Origin: Pseudomonadota bacterium
GTDB lineage: Bacteria; Pseudomonadota; Gammaproteobacteria; Burkholderiales; Thiobacillaceae
Assembly (NCBI GenBank): GCA_021820845.1
Contig: JAKADC010000007.1
Coordinates: forward strand, 101,300-165,299
Length of the DNA: 64,000 nt
Reading direction: 5' to 3'
Shown: positions 32,489-44,078 of the stretch, piece after piece
Numbering within the stretch: the stretch's first letter is position 1
Layout of the letters: the number at the start of each line of letters is the position of its first letter
The notes under the pieces: generated by a model
What the model was told of the DNA's origin: nothing
Database searches by the model: none
The model's input: only the letters and a program-made list of their open reading frames with translations
Position numbers and translations under genes: made by a program

Positions 32489-33637
32489 ATGAAAAGCATG
32501 TTGCAACGGGCAGGGGTGTTGGGCGTCGCGTGGGGAGCAAGCCGGCCGGCACTCGCGGACTATGCATACAACCTGCAACCGCCGGTGAGCCAGGTGGCGC
32601 GGGACGTGTTCCATCTGCACAACCTCATCATGCTGGTGTGCATCGGGATTTTCATCGTGGTGTTCGGCGCGATGTTCTATTCGCTGCTGAAGCACCGCAA
32701 ATCGGTGGGCCACAAGGCCGCGCACTTCCACGAAAACACGACGGTCGAAGTCATCTGGACCGTCATCCCCTTCATCATCCTCGTCGGAATGGCGTATCCG
32801 GCCGCCAAGGTCGTGATCGAAATGAAGGACACGTCCAATCCCGACATGACCGTCAAGATCACCGGCTACCAGTGGAAATGGGGCTACGACTACCTCAACG
32901 ACGGCGTGCATTTCTACAGCACCCTGGCGACCCCGCGCGAGCAGATCGACGGCACCGCCCCGCGCGACCCGCATTATCTGCTGGAGGTCGACCAGCCGAT
33001 GGTGGTGCCGGTCGGCAAGCGCGTGCGTTTGCTGATGACCGCGAACGACGTGATCCATTCCTGGTGGGTGCCGGCGTTCGGCGTCAAGCAGGACGCGATC
33101 CCGGGCTTCATCCGCGACACCTGGTTCAAGGCCGACAAGATCGGGACCTATCGCGGCCAGTGTGCCGAGCTATGCGGGAAGGACCACGGTTTCATGCCGA
33201 TCGTAGTCAAGGTGGTTTCGCAGGACGACTACAAGGCCTGGGTGGCGCAGAAAAAGGGCGCCGCGCAGACGGCTGCCGCCGACAACGGCAAGACTTTCAA
33301 GCTCGAAGAACTGGTGGAGCGGGGCAAAAAGGTCTATCAAGCCAACTGCGTCGCCTGCCACCAGGCTAACGGCATGGGCCTGCCGGGGACGTTCCCGGCG
33401 CTCAACGGCTCCAAGGTCGCGACCGGGCCGATCGATGCGCATATCAAGATCGTGCTCCACGGCGGCCGTCCTGGCACGGCGATGGTCGGGTTCGCCGACC
33501 GCCTCTCCGACGCGGAAATCGCAGCGGTCGTGACCTACGAGCGCAATGCCTGGAACAACAAGATGGGTGATGCGGCGCAACCCGCGGACATCGCCGCGGC
33601 CCGCGGCGCCGCCGCGGTCACCGCCGCCGCGCAATGA
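32489..33637 (+). CDS. coxB: Cytochrome c oxidase subunit II with fused C-terminal cytochrome c
   Basis: DVIHSWW, CuA motif [12 protein letters not shown], heme motif CVACH. Confidence 0.97.
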   Translation: MKSMLQRAGVLGVAWGASRPALADYAYNLQPPVSQVARDVFHLHNLIMLVCIGIFIVVFGAMFYSLLKHRKSVGHKAAHFHENTTVEVIWTVIPFIILVGMAYPAAKVVIEMKDTSNPDMTVKITGYQWKWGYDYLNDGVHFYSTLATPREQIDGTAPRDPHYLLEVDQPMVVPVGKRVRLLMTANDVIHSWWVPAFGVKQDAIPGFIRDTWFKADKIGTYRGQCAELCGKDHGFMPIVVKVVSQDDYKAWVAQKKGAAQTAAADNGKTFKLEELVERGKKVYQANCVACHQANGMGLPGTFPALNGSKVATGPIDAHIKIVLHGGRPGTAMVGFADRLSDAEIAAVVTYERNAWNNKMGDAAQPADIAAARGAAAVTAAAQ

Positions 33638-33660
33638 ACAACCGAGAGGAGAGCACAGCC

Positions 33661-35241
33661 ATGTCTGACGCAGCAACTGACCACGCCGACCATGGACACC
33701 CCGTGCATCCCACGGGGATCATGCGCTGGCTGACCACGACCAACCACAAGGACATCGGCACGATGTACCTGTGGTTCGCGCTGATCATGCTGTTCTCCGC
33801 AGGAACCATGGCGCTCCTGATCCGCGCCGAACTCTTTCATCCGGGCCTGCAGCTGATGCGCCCGGATTTTTTCAACCAGCTCACGACGATGCACGGCCTC
33901 ATCATGATCTTCGGCGCGATCATGCCGGCCTTCACCGGCTTCGCGAACTGGCAGATTCCGCTGATGCTCGGCGCGCCGGACATGGCTTTCCCGCGCATGA
34001 ACAACTGGAGCTTCTGGCTGTTGCCGGTCGCCGGCGTCATGCTGCTGGGTTCGTTCTGGTTGCCCGGCGGCGCGGTCGCCGGGGGCTGGACGATGTATCC
34101 GCCCCTCTTCATCCAGGGCGGCGTGTCGTATGACCTGACGATCCTGGCCATCCACATCATGGGCCTGTCGTCGATCATGGGCTCGATCAACATCATCACG
34201 ACGATCCTCAACATGCGCGCCCCCGGGCTCACGCTCATGAAGATGCCGCTTTTCTGCTGGACCTGGCTGATCACCGCCTATCTGCTCATCGCCACCATGC
34301 CGGTGCTGGCGGGCGCGGTGACCATGCTGCTCACCGACCGCAATTTCGGCACCCATTTCTTCAACGCGGCCGGCGGCGGCGACCCGGTCATGTTCCAGCA
34401 TATCTTCTGGTTCTTCGGGCACCCCGAGGTCTATATCCTGATCCTGCCGGCGTTCGGCATCGTCTCGCAGATCATCCCGACCTTTGCGCGGAAGCCGCTC
34501 TTCGGCTATGCCTCGATGGTGTACGCCACCGCATCCATCGCGATCCTGTCGTTCATCGTCTGGGCGCACCACATGTTCGCCGTCGGGTTGCCGGTCGCGG
34601 CGCAGCTGTTCTTCATGTTCTCGACCATGCTGATCGCCGTGCCCACCGGGGTGAAGGTGTTCAACTGGGTGGCCACCATGTGGAAGGGCTCGCTGACCTT
34701 CGAGACGCCGATGCTGTTCGCCATCGCGTTCGTGTGCCTGTTCACGATCGGGGGCTTCTCGGGGCTGGTGCTGGCGATGGCGCCCGTCGACATCCAGTTG
34801 CAGGACACGTACTACGTGGTCGCGCATTTCCATTACGTCCTCGTCTCCGGCGCGCTGTTCGCCATTTTCGCGGGGATCTATTTCTGGCTGCCGAAATGGA
34901 CGGGCCACATGTACAACGAAACGCTCGGCAAGATTCATTTCTGGTTCTCGGTCGTCGGCATGAACATCGTGTTCTTTCCGATGCACTTCCTCGGCCTGGC
35001 GGGCATGCCGCGGCGCATTCCCGACTATGCGCTGCAGTTCACGCAGTTCAACCAGATCGCGAGCGTGGGCGCGTATATCTTCGGCTTCAGCCAGTTGATC
35101 TTCGTGGCCGTGGTGCTGAAGGCGATCAGGGGCGGCGCCAAGGCGCCCGACCGGGTATGGGAGGGCGCGGAAGGGCTGGAGTGGACGGTGCCGTCGCCGG
35201 CGCCCTACCACACCTTCGAAACCGCCCCCGTCGTGAAATGA
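33661..35241 (+). CDS. coxA: Cytochrome c oxidase subunit I (aa3, A-type)
   Basis: [26 protein letters not shown]. Confidence 0.98.
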   Translation: MSDAATDHADHGHPVHPTGIMRWLTTTNHKDIGTMYLWFALIMLFSAGTMALLIRAELFHPGLQLMRPDFFNQLTTMHGLIMIFGAIMPAFTGFANWQIPLMLGAPDMAFPRMNNWSFWLLPVAGVMLLGSFWLPGGAVAGGWTMYPPLFIQGGVSYDLTILAIHIMGLSSIMGSINIITTILNMRAPGLTLMKMPLFCWTWLITAYLLIATMPVLAGAVTMLLTDRNFGTHFFNAAGGGDPVMFQHIFWFFGHPEVYILILPAFGIVSQIIPTFARKPLFGYASMVYATASIAILSFIVWAHHMFAVGLPVAAQLFFMFSTMLIAVPTGVKVFNWVATMWKGSLTFETPMLFAIAFVCLFTIGGFSGLVLAMAPVDIQLQDTYYVVAHFHYVLVSGALFAIFAGIYFWLPKWTGHMYNETLGKIHFWFSVVGMNIVFFPMHFLGLAGMPRRIPDYALQFTQFNQIASVGAYIFGFSQLIFVAVVLKAIRGGAKAPDRVWEGAEGLEWTVPSPAPYHTFETAPVVK

Positions 35242-35357
35242 GCGGCGAGGCGGCACCGATGGCGGACAAGCGAAACGGCAAATACGTCACGGCCGGCATT
35301 CTCGCCGCGATCGCGCTCGCCCTGTTTCTGTTCACGCTGTACAACGGACTGAACTAG
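35238..35357 (+). CDS. Small single-TM protein between coxA and ctaG (putative oxidase small assembly protein)
   Basis: [39 protein letters not shown]; ATGA overlap with the coxA stop; alternative start at 35259. Confidence 0.65.
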   Translation: MSGEAAPMADKRNGKYVTAGILAAIALALFLFTLYNGLN

Positions 35358-35360
35358 ATC

Positions 35361-35915
35361 ATGGCGGACGGCAAATCCACGACGCTCACCAAGCTCATCG
35401 TTGTGGCCATCGGCATGTTCGGGTTCGGATTTGCGATGGTGCCGTTTTATTACAAGATCTGCGCGGTGACGGGGATCAATTCCGGCGACGAGCAAAGCCT
35501 GGTGAAGAACACGCAGGTCGACAAAAGCCGATGGGTGACGATCGAATTCGACGCCAACACCAACGAAGACCTGCCGTGGAAGTTCACACCGGAGCAGCGC
35601 AGCCTCAAAGTGCATCCGGGCCAGCTGGTGCAGGTCGAGTACGACGTGGCCAATACGAGCAAGCATGCGATCGTGGGGCAGGCCATACCGAGCTACGGCC
35701 CGGCCCGCGCCGGCGCATTTTTCAGGAAGATCGAGTGCTTCTGCTTCACGCCGCAGAAGCTGGCCGCGGGCGAGCGGCGGCGCATGCCGGTGCTGTTCGT
35801 GCTGGACCCGGCGCTGGACAAGGACCTGCACACGGTGACCCTGTCGTACACGTTCTTCAACACGGATACGAAGGCGCAGACGGCGGCGCTGCGAAAGACG
35901 GGAGTGCATGGCTGA
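35361..35915 (+). CDS. ctaG: Cytochrome c oxidase assembly protein CtaG/Cox11
   Basis: FGFAMVPFY, CAVTG, KIECFCFT. Confidence 0.95.
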   Translation: MADGKSTTLTKLIVVAIGMFGFGFAMVPFYYKICAVTGINSGDEQSLVKNTQVDKSRWVTIEFDANTNEDLPWKFTPEQRSLKVHPGQLVQVEYDVANTSKHAIVGQAIPSYGPARAGAFFRKIECFCFTPQKLAAGERRRMPVLFVLDPALDKDLHTVTLSYTFFNTDTKAQTAALRKTGVHG

Positions 35916-36105
35916 TCGCGGGAGTCTCAGGGCTGCGCTCGCCGTCTTCTGGGGGTTTTTCGGCGTACGCAAACGGCGCGAGTACGAGGCCGATGCAAAA
36001 GACCTGACCCCCGCGCAGATCATCGTCGCCGGGCTGCTCGGCGCCCTCGCATTTATTCTGACGTTGCTGCTGGTGGTGTACCTGGTGCTGAAGTTCGCGA
36101 AGTGA
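35908..36105 (+). CDS. DUF2970 small membrane protein
   Basis: AVFWGFFGVRK...QIIVAG; usual position ctaG-coxC. Confidence 0.8.
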   Translation: MADRGSLRAALAVFWGFFGVRKRREYEADAKDLTPAQIIVAGLLGALAFILTLLLVVYLVLKFAK

Positions 36106-36135
36106 ACGATCAATAGACGAGGAAGAGGGGACGAC

Positions 36136-37002
36136 ATGAGCCTGGCGCAAACCGATCGATATTATCTGCCGCAGCCTTCACTCTGGCCGATCATCGGCTC
36201 GGTCGCGCTGCTCACGATGGCCGTGGGCGGCGTCATGACCATTCACGACGTCAACCATGGCGGCTGGGTGCTTCTCGCGGGCGTGGCGATCCTGTTTTTC
36301 ATGATGTTCGGTTGGTTCGGCGAAGTCATACGCGACAGCGAGGCGGGGCGATACAACAAGCAGGTCGACTCGTCGTTTCGCTGGTCGATGAGCTGGTTCA
36401 TCTTTTCCGAAGTGATGTTCTTCGCCGCCTTCTTCGGCGCGCTCTTTTATACCCGCGTCCTGTCGGTGCCGTGGCTCGGCGAGTCGGACACGATGCAACA
36501 GCTGTGGCCGACGTTCAAGGCGACCTGGCCCACCGCGGGGCCGGGCCTGACCGCAGACGGCATGAAATTCACGCCGATGGAGGCGTGGGGCATCCCGGCC
36601 ATCAACACCCTGCTGCTGCTCAGTTCCGGGGTGACGGTCACGTGGGCGCACTGGGGCCTGAAAAGGAACAACCGCGCGCAGTTGATCCTGGGACTGGCGA
36701 TGACGGTCGCGCTCGGCGCGACCTTTCTCGGCCTGCAGGCCTTCGAATACCACCATGCCTATACCAAGATGGGACTGACGCTCGGCGCGGGCGTCTACGG
36801 CGCGACCTTTTTCATGCTGACCGGCTTTCACGGGTTCCATGTGCTGGTCGGGACGACGATGCTGATCGTCATGCTGCTGCGTTCGATCGCCGGGCATTTC
36901 ACCCCCGAACATCACTTCGCATTCGAAGCGGTGTCGTGGTACTGGCACTTCGTCGACGTGGTATGGGTGCTGCTGTTCGTGCTGGTCTACTGGCTCATCT
37001 GA
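36136..37002 (+). CDS. coxC: Cytochrome c oxidase subunit III
   Basis: FIFSEVMFF, NTLLLLSSG, TGFHGFHV, WYWHFVDVVW. Confidence 0.97.
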   Translation: MSLAQTDRYYLPQPSLWPIIGSVALLTMAVGGVMTIHDVNHGGWVLLAGVAILFFMMFGWFGEVIRDSEAGRYNKQVDSSFRWSMSWFIFSEVMFFAAFFGALFYTRVLSVPWLGESDTMQQLWPTFKATWPTAGPGLTADGMKFTPMEAWGIPAINTLLLLSSGVTVTWAHWGLKRNNRAQLILGLAMTVALGATFLGLQAFEYHHAYTKMGLTLGAGVYGATFFMLTGFHGFHVLVGTTMLIVMLLRSIAGHFTPEHHFAFEAVSWYWHFVDVVWVLLFVLVYWLI

Positions 37003-37049
37003 TTCGCGCGCGGCCGACACGAGCGGCCTGGGCGCGGCCCCCGTTCGGC

Positions 37050-37076
37050 AAAAAGCCGCGTCCAGCGCGGCTTTTT
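37050..37076. terminator. Bidirectional intrinsic terminator
   Basis: AAAAAGCCGCG-TCCAG-CGCGGCTTTTT between convergent genes. Confidence 0.85.
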
Positions 37077-37090
37077 GTTGGGGAAGCCGG

Positions 37091-37291
37091 TCAGCGCAGT
37101 CCGCTTTGCGGGACGATGCCGAAGTAGTAGCCGCCCATCAGCAGGAGAAAGAGGGCGAGCGAGAGCGCGATGCGCACGGTGAGCATTTTCACCGTGCGGT
37201 CCGACTGTCCCTTGTCCTTGATGAGATAGTAGAGCGCGCTGGCAAGGCTCGCCAGGATGAACACGATGAAGAGCAGGGCAATGATACGCAT
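37091..37291 (-). CDS. Twin-transmembrane small protein (DUF2909 type)
   Basis: SLASALYYL...LTVRIALS; usual position in cox loci. Confidence 0.8.
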   Translation of the reverse strand: MRIIALLFIVFILASLASALYYLIKDKGQSDRTVKMLTVRIALSLALFLLLMGGYYFGIVPQSGLR

Positions 37292-37339
37292 GGATCGCTA
37301 CGCTCCTGAAAATCTCAGTCTAGCCGGATTGGGCGCCCA

Positions 37340-38077
37340 ATGCACCGCGTGATGCTGCGAGCCGGTGCATGGCAATTCACGCCGGGCCTGTTGCCGACCC
37401 TCGCCACGGCGTTCTTCCTGGTGCTGACGGTGTGGCTCGGAAACTGGCAGGTCGGGCGAGCCGAATCGAAGCACGCGCTGCAGGTTCGCTACGACACGGC
37501 GATGCGGGAAGCGCCCATCCATGTCGGCAGCGCCCCGCTCGATCGCGACAGCGTCCTCTACCGCAAGCTGGAAGTGCGCGGCGTCTTCGATCCCGCGCAC
37601 ACGATCCTGCTCGACAACCGGATCTACAAGGGCGTGGCGGGGTATCACGTGCTGACCCCGCTCATCATCGACGGCGGGACACTGGCCATCCTGGTCAATC
37701 GCGGCTGGGTGGCGGTGGGGCGTTCGCGCGAGCAGGTTCCCGTGCCGCCGACGCCGGCGGGGCAGGTGCGCCTCGAAGGCATGGCGGTCGAGCCGCAAAG
37801 CCGCTACGTCGAACTGATGCCTGCCGTCCCGCAGGGGCGCGTGTGGGAGAACCTGGATTTCGCGCGCTACGCAGCGGCCACCCGGCTGGCGCTGCAACCG
37901 GTGCTGTTGCTCCAGACGAGTGCTCAGCCGGACGGCTTGCGACGCGACTGGCCGCGTCCCGACGCGGGCGTGAGCATGCACGTGGGCTACGCGATCCAGT
38001 GGTACAGTCTGGCGGCGACGCTGGTGGTTTTGTGGCTGGTCCTGAATGTGAAACGTCGTCGGGGTGATGACGACTGA
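37340..38077 (+). CDS. SURF1 family protein
   Basis: LGNWQ, LLDNR, GYHVLTP, VNRGWV, HVGYAIQW. Confidence 0.92.
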   Translation: MHRVMLRAGAWQFTPGLLPTLATAFFLVLTVWLGNWQVGRAESKHALQVRYDTAMREAPIHVGSAPLDRDSVLYRKLEVRGVFDPAHTILLDNRIYKGVAGYHVLTPLIIDGGTLAILVNRGWVAVGRSREQVPVPPTPAGQVRLEGMAVEPQSRYVELMPAVPQGRVWENLDFARYAAATRLALQPVLLLQTSAQPDGLRRDWPRPDAGVSMHVGYAIQWYSLAATLVVLWLVLNVKRRRGDDD

Positions 38078-38670
38078 TGTCCCCAACGTCCGGAGTGATG
38101 TCGAGTATGCGATTGACCGCGCGCAGCAAGTTCCTGTTTCTGATGGGCGTGTTTCTGATGCCCGTGCTGGCCGCCTATCTGGCCTACGCGGGCTGGCGTC
38201 CGAGCGAGCGCTCCAACTACGGCGACCTGCTCAAGGTGACGCCGTTGCAGCGGACGGCGGGGTCCACCGTCGACGGCCGGCCGTTCGATCTCGATGCGCT
38301 GCGCGGAAAATGGGTGATGGTGCACGTGGGCCCGGCGCGCTGCGACGCGGCATGCGCATGGCAGCTCTACCTGATGCGCCAGACCCGCGTCGCGCAGGGG
38401 AAGGAGCAGGACCGCATCGAGCGGCTGTGGGTGATGACCGACGGCGGGGCGCCGGACGCCCGGTTGTTGCAGGCGCATCCCGGACTCCACGCATGGCGGC
38501 CCGCCGATGCGGCGTTCGCGGCGCAGTTTCCGGCCGCCGGAAACCAGGCCGAACACATCTATCTGGTCGATCCGCTGGGTAACCTGATGCTGCGTTTCCC
38601 GGCGCGGGCCGATTTCAAGGGCATGATGAAAGACCTCGGGCTGCTGCTCAAGGCGTCCCAGATCGGCTGA
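38077..38670 (+). CDS. SCO/thioredoxin-like oxidase assembly protein
   Basis: N-terminal [26 protein letters not shown]. Confidence 0.75.
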   Translation: MSPTSGVMSSMRLTARSKFLFLMGVFLMPVLAAYLAYAGWRPSERSNYGDLLKVTPLQRTAGSTVDGRPFDLDALRGKWVMVHVGPARCDAACAWQLYLMRQTRVAQGKEQDRIERLWVMTDGGAPDARLLQAHPGLHAWRPADAAFAAQFPAAGNQAEHIYLVDPLGNLMLRFPARADFKGMMKDLGLLLKASQIG

Positions 38671-38682
38671 CCGGACCGCCCC

Positions 38683-39666
38683 ATGACGATCTACCGCAAA
38701 GTCATACTCGCCGCCCTGATCCTCGCATTCGGCGTGATCACGCTCGGCGCTTACGTGCGCCTGTCCGACGCGGGACTGGGCTGTCCCGACTGGCCCGGCT
38801 GCTACGGCAAGCTGACCCCGCAGAATGCCTCGGAAGCCATCGACGCCGCACTGGCGGTGCGCCCCGACGGGCCGGTCTCGCATGCGAAGGCCTGGAAGGA
38901 AATGGTGCATCGTTACTTTGCCGGCACGCTCGGCCTCCTGATACTGGTGATCGCCGTGCTGGCGTGGCGGGGGCGTCGCGACATGCGCGGCGGCGTCGCG
39001 CTGCCATTGCTGCTGCTCGGCCTCGTCGTGTTCCAGGCGCTGCTGGGGATGTGGACGGTCACCCGGCTGCTGAAGCCGCTCATCGTCAGCTCGCATCTTC
39101 TCGGGGGAATGGCGACGCTCGCCCTGCTCGCCTGGCTGTGGTTTCGCGAGCGCGGCCGGTCCGGCCACGTCTACTACGCCGACACCGGCCATCTGCGCGA
39201 TCCCGCCCTGCTCGGGCTGGCACTCGTGATTGCGCAGATCGCTCTGGGCGGATGGGTGAGTACAAACTATGCAGGCCTCGCCTGTCCGGATTTTCCGGTT
39301 TGCCATGGCGCGTGGATGCCGCCGATGGATTTCGAGCAGGGCTTCACCCTGCACCGAAGACTGGGCGAGACTGCCACGGGCGCGCTTTTGCCGCTGACGG
39401 CATTGACGGCGATCCACTGGACCCATCGCGTCATGGCGCTGCTGGTGACGCTGTATCTCGGCTGGCTGGTGGTGCGCCTGTTGCGCAGCCCCGGCTACGC
39501 CGGCATGGGCCTCGCCATCGGCGTCCTGCTGGCGCTGCAGGTTTCGCTGGGGATCGGCAATGTTCTGTTCAGCCTGCCGTTGCCCGTGGCGGTCGCGCAC
39601 ACCGCCGGCGCGGCGCTGCTGCTGGTGAGTCTGGTGCGCCTGAACTACCGGGTCCGCAGGAGATGA
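38683..39666 (+). CDS. ctaA: Heme A synthase
   Basis: [30 protein letters not shown]. Confidence 0.93.
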   Translation: MTIYRKVILAALILAFGVITLGAYVRLSDAGLGCPDWPGCYGKLTPQNASEAIDAALAVRPDGPVSHAKAWKEMVHRYFAGTLGLLILVIAVLAWRGRRDMRGGVALPLLLLGLVVFQALLGMWTVTRLLKPLIVSSHLLGGMATLALLAWLWFRERGRSGHVYYADTGHLRDPALLGLALVIAQIALGGWVSTNYAGLACPDFPVCHGAWMPPMDFEQGFTLHRRLGETATGALLPLTALTAIHWTHRVMALLVTLYLGWLVVRLLRSPGYAGMGLAIGVLLALQVSLGIGNVLFSLPLPVAVAHTAGAALLLVSLVRLNYRVRRR

Positions 39667-40565
39667 CGATGGAATCGTTGATGGTTCAGGGAGCGGCGTG
39701 TCGCTGCCAGCAGTTTCTGGCCTTGTGCAAGTTGCGCGTGGTGAGTCTCATCGTGTTCACGGCGGTCATCGGGATGTTCCTCGCCGTCCCGGGTTGGCCC
39801 GGCTGGAATGCGCTGTGGGCGGGGACGCTCGGCATCGCGTTGGTCGCCGCGGCGGCGGCCGCGTTCAATTGCCTGATCGAGCAGAAAATCGACGCCGTGA
39901 TGGCGCGCACGCGCGCCCGGCCATTGCCTCGCGGCGAGTTGACGAGCGCGCAGACGCTGGCGTTCGCCGGCGTCGTGGGCGGCCTCGGCCTCTATCTGCT
40001 GAACACCTTCGTCAATCCCCTCACGATGTGGCTGACGCTGGCGACGTTCGTCGGTTATGCCGTGATCTATACGGCACTGTTGAAGCCGGCCACGCCGCAG
40101 AACATCGTCATCGGCGGCGCGTCCGGCGCCATGCCGCCGGTGCTCGGCTGGGCGGCCGCCACGGGAGAGGTTCACCACGACGCCCTTTTGCTCTTCCTCA
40201 TCATCTTCGCCTGGACGCCGCCGCACTTCTGGGCACTCGCCCTGTACCGGCGCGAGGAATATGCCCGCGCCGGCCTGCCCATGCTGCCGGTGACGCACGG
40301 CGAGGCGTATACGCGCCTGCATCTTCTCCTCTACACCCTGCTGCTGTTCGCCGTGAGCATGCTGCCTGTCGGCACGCGGATGGGCGGATGGATCTATCTG
40401 GCGGGGGCGGTCGCGCTCGGCGGCCGTTTCATTCACTACGGATGGCGTCTTTACCGCGGCTACAGCGACGAGCTGGCGAAGCGGACTTTCCGCTATTCCA
40501 TCTGGTATCTGAGCGCGTTATTCGCGATCATGCTGGCGGATCACTATTTTCCGATACCCATATGA
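39663..40565 (+). CDS. cyoE: Heme O synthase (protoheme IX farnesyltransferase)
   Basis: [35 protein letters not shown]. Confidence 0.96.
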   Translation: MTMESLMVQGAACRCQQFLALCKLRVVSLIVFTAVIGMFLAVPGWPGWNALWAGTLGIALVAAAAAAFNCLIEQKIDAVMARTRARPLPRGELTSAQTLAFAGVVGGLGLYLLNTFVNPLTMWLTLATFVGYAVIYTALLKPATPQNIVIGGASGAMPPVLGWAAATGEVHHDALLLFLIIFAWTPPHFWALALYRREEYARAGLPMLPVTHGEAYTRLHLLLYTLLLFAVSMLPVGTRMGGWIYLAGAVALGGRFIHYGWRLYRGYSDELAKRTFRYSIWYLSALFAIMLADHYFPIPI

Positions 40566-40591
40566 TTTGTATGGAAATTTGATATATTATC

Positions 40592-40620
40592 TGGATATTC
40601 GGACAGGATTGTTTTATATT
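40592..40620 (+). promoter_or_regulatory. Putative sigma70 promoter for rrf2-sco in an AT-rich island
   Basis: TGGATA-17-TATATT; TATATTATC occurs twice (40583-91, 40615-23). Confidence 0.45.
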
Positions 40621-40649
40621 ATCCCCATTTGTTCCCTTGGGGTAAATGG

Positions 40650-41114
40650 ATGATCCTATCACGCACCAGTCAGTATGCCGTCCAGGCGCTGATATACATG
40701 GCTACCCAGCCAGACGCCACGCCGGTGCTGAACAAGGATATCGCTGCCAAGCTGGGCGTGCCCGCTCCGTATCTGGCCAAGATCCTGCAAAGCCTCGCCA
40801 AGGGCAACCTGCTGTTTTCCTTTCGCGGCCGGCTCGGCGGATTCTGTCTGCGTGAAGGTGGTGAGAAGATCACGCTGATGCAGATCCTGCTCCTGACCGA
40901 AGGGCCGGCCTTTACCCAGAGCTGCCTGCTGGGCCTCAAGAAGTGCAGCGACGAAACCGCATGCCCGCTGCATTTCCGCTGGGTCCCGGTGAAGAAGAAA
41001 ATCATCGATCTCCTGCTGGAAACGACGCTGGACAAGCTGGCGAAGGCCGTCGAATCCGGAAAATACCGGCTCGCAGACGTTCCTGGAGAGCTGTTCGAGC
41101 AGATCAAGCTATGA
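40650..41114 (+). CDS. Rrf2 family transcriptional regulator, probably Fe-S binding
   Basis: SRTSQYAVQAL, wHTH PYLAKIL, GRLGGF, C-x6-C-x5-C-x2-H. Confidence 0.92.
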   Translation: MILSRTSQYAVQALIYMATQPDATPVLNKDIAAKLGVPAPYLAKILQSLAKGNLLFSFRGRLGGFCLREGGEKITLMQILLLTEGPAFTQSCLLGLKKCSDETACPLHFRWVPVKKKIIDLLLETTLDKLAKAVESGKYRLADVPGELFEQIKL

Positions 41115-41704
41115 CGCGTCGCCTGGTCGCGGTCTGGCTCGCAGCGCTCATCGCGCTGACCGCCTGCCAGCCCGCCGCCCAGCCGCCCGCGTTCAAGGCA
41201 ACCGACATCACGGGCGCCAGCTTCGCGCAGGATTTCCGGCTGACCGATCACAACGGCCGCGTGCGGACGCTCGCGGACTTCAGGGGCAAGGCCGTCGCGA
41301 TCTTTTTCGGCTATACGCACTGTCCCGATGTGTGCCCGACGACGCTGTCCGATTTTGCCGCCGCGCTCAAACTGTTGGGCCCGCAGGCCGACCGCGTTCA
41401 GGTGATTTTCGTGACCCTGGACCCGCAGCGCGATACGCCGGCCATCCTGAAACAGTTTGTCCCTGCCTTCAACCCGGGCTTTCTCGGCATGTACACCGAC
41501 CCCGAAGCATTGAAGCGCTTGGCGAAAGAATACAAAGTGGTCTATCAAAAAACTTCGGTCAAATCGGCGGACGATTACCTGCTCGACCACAGCGCGGGGA
41601 CTTACGTCTACGATCCCCAAGGGCGTCTGAGGCTTCTCATGCCATATGGGAGCAGTCCCGAGGCGATCGCCCACGATCTGAAGCTGTTGCTGCAGACGTC
41701 CTGA
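41111..41704 (+). CDS. senC: SCO1/SenC copper chaperone lipoprotein
   Basis: Lipobox LTAC, FGYTHCPDVCP, LDHS. Confidence 0.92.
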   Translation: MTRRLVAVWLAALIALTACQPAAQPPAFKATDITGASFAQDFRLTDHNGRVRTLADFRGKAVAIFFGYTHCPDVCPTTLSDFAAALKLLGPQADRVQVIFVTLDPQRDTPAILKQFVPAFNPGFLGMYTDPEALKRLAKEYKVVYQKTSVKSADDYLLDHSAGTYVYDPQGRLRLLMPYGSSPEAIAHDLKLLLQTS

Positions 41705-41737
41705 GCCGCATTTTCGGGCTTGCGGGACCGGGCCGGG

Positions 41738-41770
41738 GCGACATATAATTCCGCGGTTTCTTAATATAAT
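41738..41770 (+). promoter_or_regulatory. RegA-like box and two TATAAT hexamers upstream of ccoN
   Basis: GCGAC-ATATAAT-TCCGC (41738-54); TATAAT at 41744-49 and 41765-70. Confidence 0.45.
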
Positions 41771-41828
41771 CATATGCTGTTAAGGCGCCTTCGCGGGCGC
41801 TATTTCGGGTACAACAGGAGAGCGGTCC

Positions 41829-43283
41829 ATGGCGGTAACCACATATTCCGGTGCGGAGCAGTACAACTTCGAAGTCGTTAAGAAATTTGCCGTCATGTCG
41901 CTCGTATGGGCGGTCGTCGGCATGTTCGTGGGCGTGTATATCGCTTCCGAACTGGCTTGGCCCTTCTTGAATTTCGACAGCCCGTACATTTCGTTTGGGC
42001 GGTTTCGGCCCGTCCACACCACCTCGGTGATTTTCGGTTTCGGTGGCTCGGCCCTGTTCGCCACCTCCTATTACGTGGTTCAGCGCACCTGCCAGACCCG
42101 CCTGATTTCGGACGGCATGGCGAGCTTCACGTTCTGGGGCTGGATGGCGGTGATCGCACTCGCCGACGTCAGCTACATGCTCGGCTATACGCAGTCGCGT
42201 GAATACGCCGAGATGGAGTGGCCGATCGACATCCTGATCGAGGTCGTCTGGGTGACCTACCTGATCTTATTCGTCGGTACCATCATGCGCCGCAAGCAGC
42301 CGCACATCTACGTCGCGAACTGGTTCTACCTCGCCTTCATCCTGGCGACGGCGCTGCTGCACACGTTCAACAACCTGGCGGTCCCCATCAATCTGTTCTC
42401 GATGAAGTCCTACAGCCTTTTCTCGGGCGTGCAGGACGCGATGACGCAATGGTGGTATGGCCACAACGCGGTGGGCTTCTTCCTGACCGCCGCCTTCCTC
42501 GGCATGATGTACTACTTCGTGCCGAAGCAGGCCGGCCGCCCGATCTACTCCTATCGGCTGTCCATCGTCCACTTCTGGGCGCTGGCCTTCATGTACATGT
42601 GGGTGGGCGCCCACCACCTGCACTGGACCGCGCTGCCCGACTGGACCTCGTCGCTCGCCGCCGCGTTCTCGATCCTGCTGCTGATGCCTTCGTGGGGCGG
42701 CATGATCAACGGCATCATGACCCTGTCGGGCGCGTGGGACAAGCTGCGCACCGACCCGATCATGCGCTTCATGATCGTTGCGCTGTCGTTCTACGGCATG
42801 TCGACCTTCGAAGGTCCGATGATGTCACTGAAGGAAGTCAACGCGCTGTCGCACTACACCGACTGGACCGTGGGCCACGTGCACTCCGGCGCGCTGGGCT
42901 GGGTGGCGATGATCACCTTCGGTTCGCTGTATCACATGATCCCCAAGCTGTGGGCGACCAAGATGTATAGCCGCAAGCTGATCGAATGGCATTTCTGGCT
43001 CGCGACCATCGGCATCGTGCTGTACATCGTCGCGATGTGGATCTCCGGCATCACGCAGGGTCTGATGTGGCGCGCGTTCGACGAGTTCGGCAATCTGCAG
43101 TACTCGTTCGTCGAAACCGTCGCGGCCATGCATCCCTTCTACGCGATGCGCGCGATTGGCGGCATGTTCTTCCTGACCGGCATGTTGACGATGGCCTTCA
43201 ATATCTTCATGACCATCCGCCAGGGCAAACGTGAAAACGCTGCCCTCGAAGGCAAGCTTGCAAGCAAGCTCGCTCATGCATGA
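41829..43283 (+). CDS. ccoN: cbb3-type oxidase subunit I
   Basis: [27 protein letters not shown]. Confidence 0.98.
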   Translation: MAVTTYSGAEQYNFEVVKKFAVMSLVWAVVGMFVGVYIASELAWPFLNFDSPYISFGRFRPVHTTSVIFGFGGSALFATSYYVVQRTCQTRLISDGMASFTFWGWMAVIALADVSYMLGYTQSREYAEMEWPIDILIEVVWVTYLILFVGTIMRRKQPHIYVANWFYLAFILATALLHTFNNLAVPINLFSMKSYSLFSGVQDAMTQWWYGHNAVGFFLTAAFLGMMYYFVPKQAGRPIYSYRLSIVHFWALAFMYMWVGAHHLHWTALPDWTSSLAAAFSILLLMPSWGGMINGIMTLSGAWDKLRTDPIMRFMIVALSFYGMSTFEGPMMSLKEVNALSHYTDWTVGHVHSGALGWVAMITFGSLYHMIPKLWATKMYSRKLIEWHFWLATIGIVLYIVAMWISGITQGLMWRAFDEFGNLQYSFVETVAAMHPFYAMRAIGGMFFLTGMLTMAFNIFMTIRQGKRENAALEGKLASKLAHA

Positions 43284-43307
43284 TTCGGAAAGAGATAGAA
43301 ATAAACC

Positions 43308-44054
43308 ATGAACCTGAATTTCAAACACGAATGGGTTGAAACCAACATCGGCCTGATGGTGGTGTTGACGATGCTGGCGATCAGCATCGGCGGCCTGGTG
43401 GAAATCGCCCCGCTGTTCTTCATCGACAACACGATCGAAAAGGTCGACGGCGTGCGGCCCTACACGCCGCTCGAGCAGCGCGGCCGCGACATCTATCAGC
43501 GCGAGGGCTGCTACCTTTGTCACTCGCAGATGATCCGCCCGTTCCGCGACGAGAAGCTGCGCTATGGCCACTATTCGCTGGCGGCGGAATCGCAATACGA
43601 CCATCCGTTCCAGTGGGGTTCCAAGCGTACCGGCCCGGATCTGGCGCGCGTGGGCGGCAAGTACTCGAACGAATGGCATGTCCAGCACCTGACCGCGCCG
43701 CGTTCGATGGTTCCCGAGTCGGTGATGCCGAACTACCCGTGGCTGAGCAAGACGCCGCTCGATATCTCCGATATCACCGACCGCATGAAGGCCCTGCGTG
43801 AGGTCGGCGTCCCGTATTCGCTGACCGACGCCGAATACAAGGCGAACGTGGCCAAATTCGGTGAGACCGTCGCCAAGCAGCTGCACATTCCCAATGCGCA
43901 GCAGAGCATCGTCGAGCAGGCCAACTTCGGCAACTACGACGGCGATCGGTCCGGTATTTCCGAAATGGACGCATTGGTAGCCTATCTGCAGGTATTGGGC
44001 ACCATGGTCGATTTCAACAAATACAAAGACGACACGTTCGTCAACGACCGTTGA
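43308..44054 (+). CDS. ccoO: cbb3-type oxidase subunit II
   Basis: [23 protein letters not shown]. Confidence 0.97.
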   Translation: MNLNFKHEWVETNIGLMVVLTMLAISIGGLVEIAPLFFIDNTIEKVDGVRPYTPLEQRGRDIYQREGCYLCHSQMIRPFRDEKLRYGHYSLAAESQYDHPFQWGSKRTGPDLARVGGKYSNEWHVQHLTAPRSMVPESVMPNYPWLSKTPLDISDITDRMKALREVGVPYSLTDAEYKANVAKFGETVAKQLHIPNAQQSIVEQANFGNYDGDRSGISEMDALVAYLQVLGTMVDFNKYKDDTFVNDR

Positions 44055-44078
44055 TCCAAAGCGATCCAGGGGTTTGAA

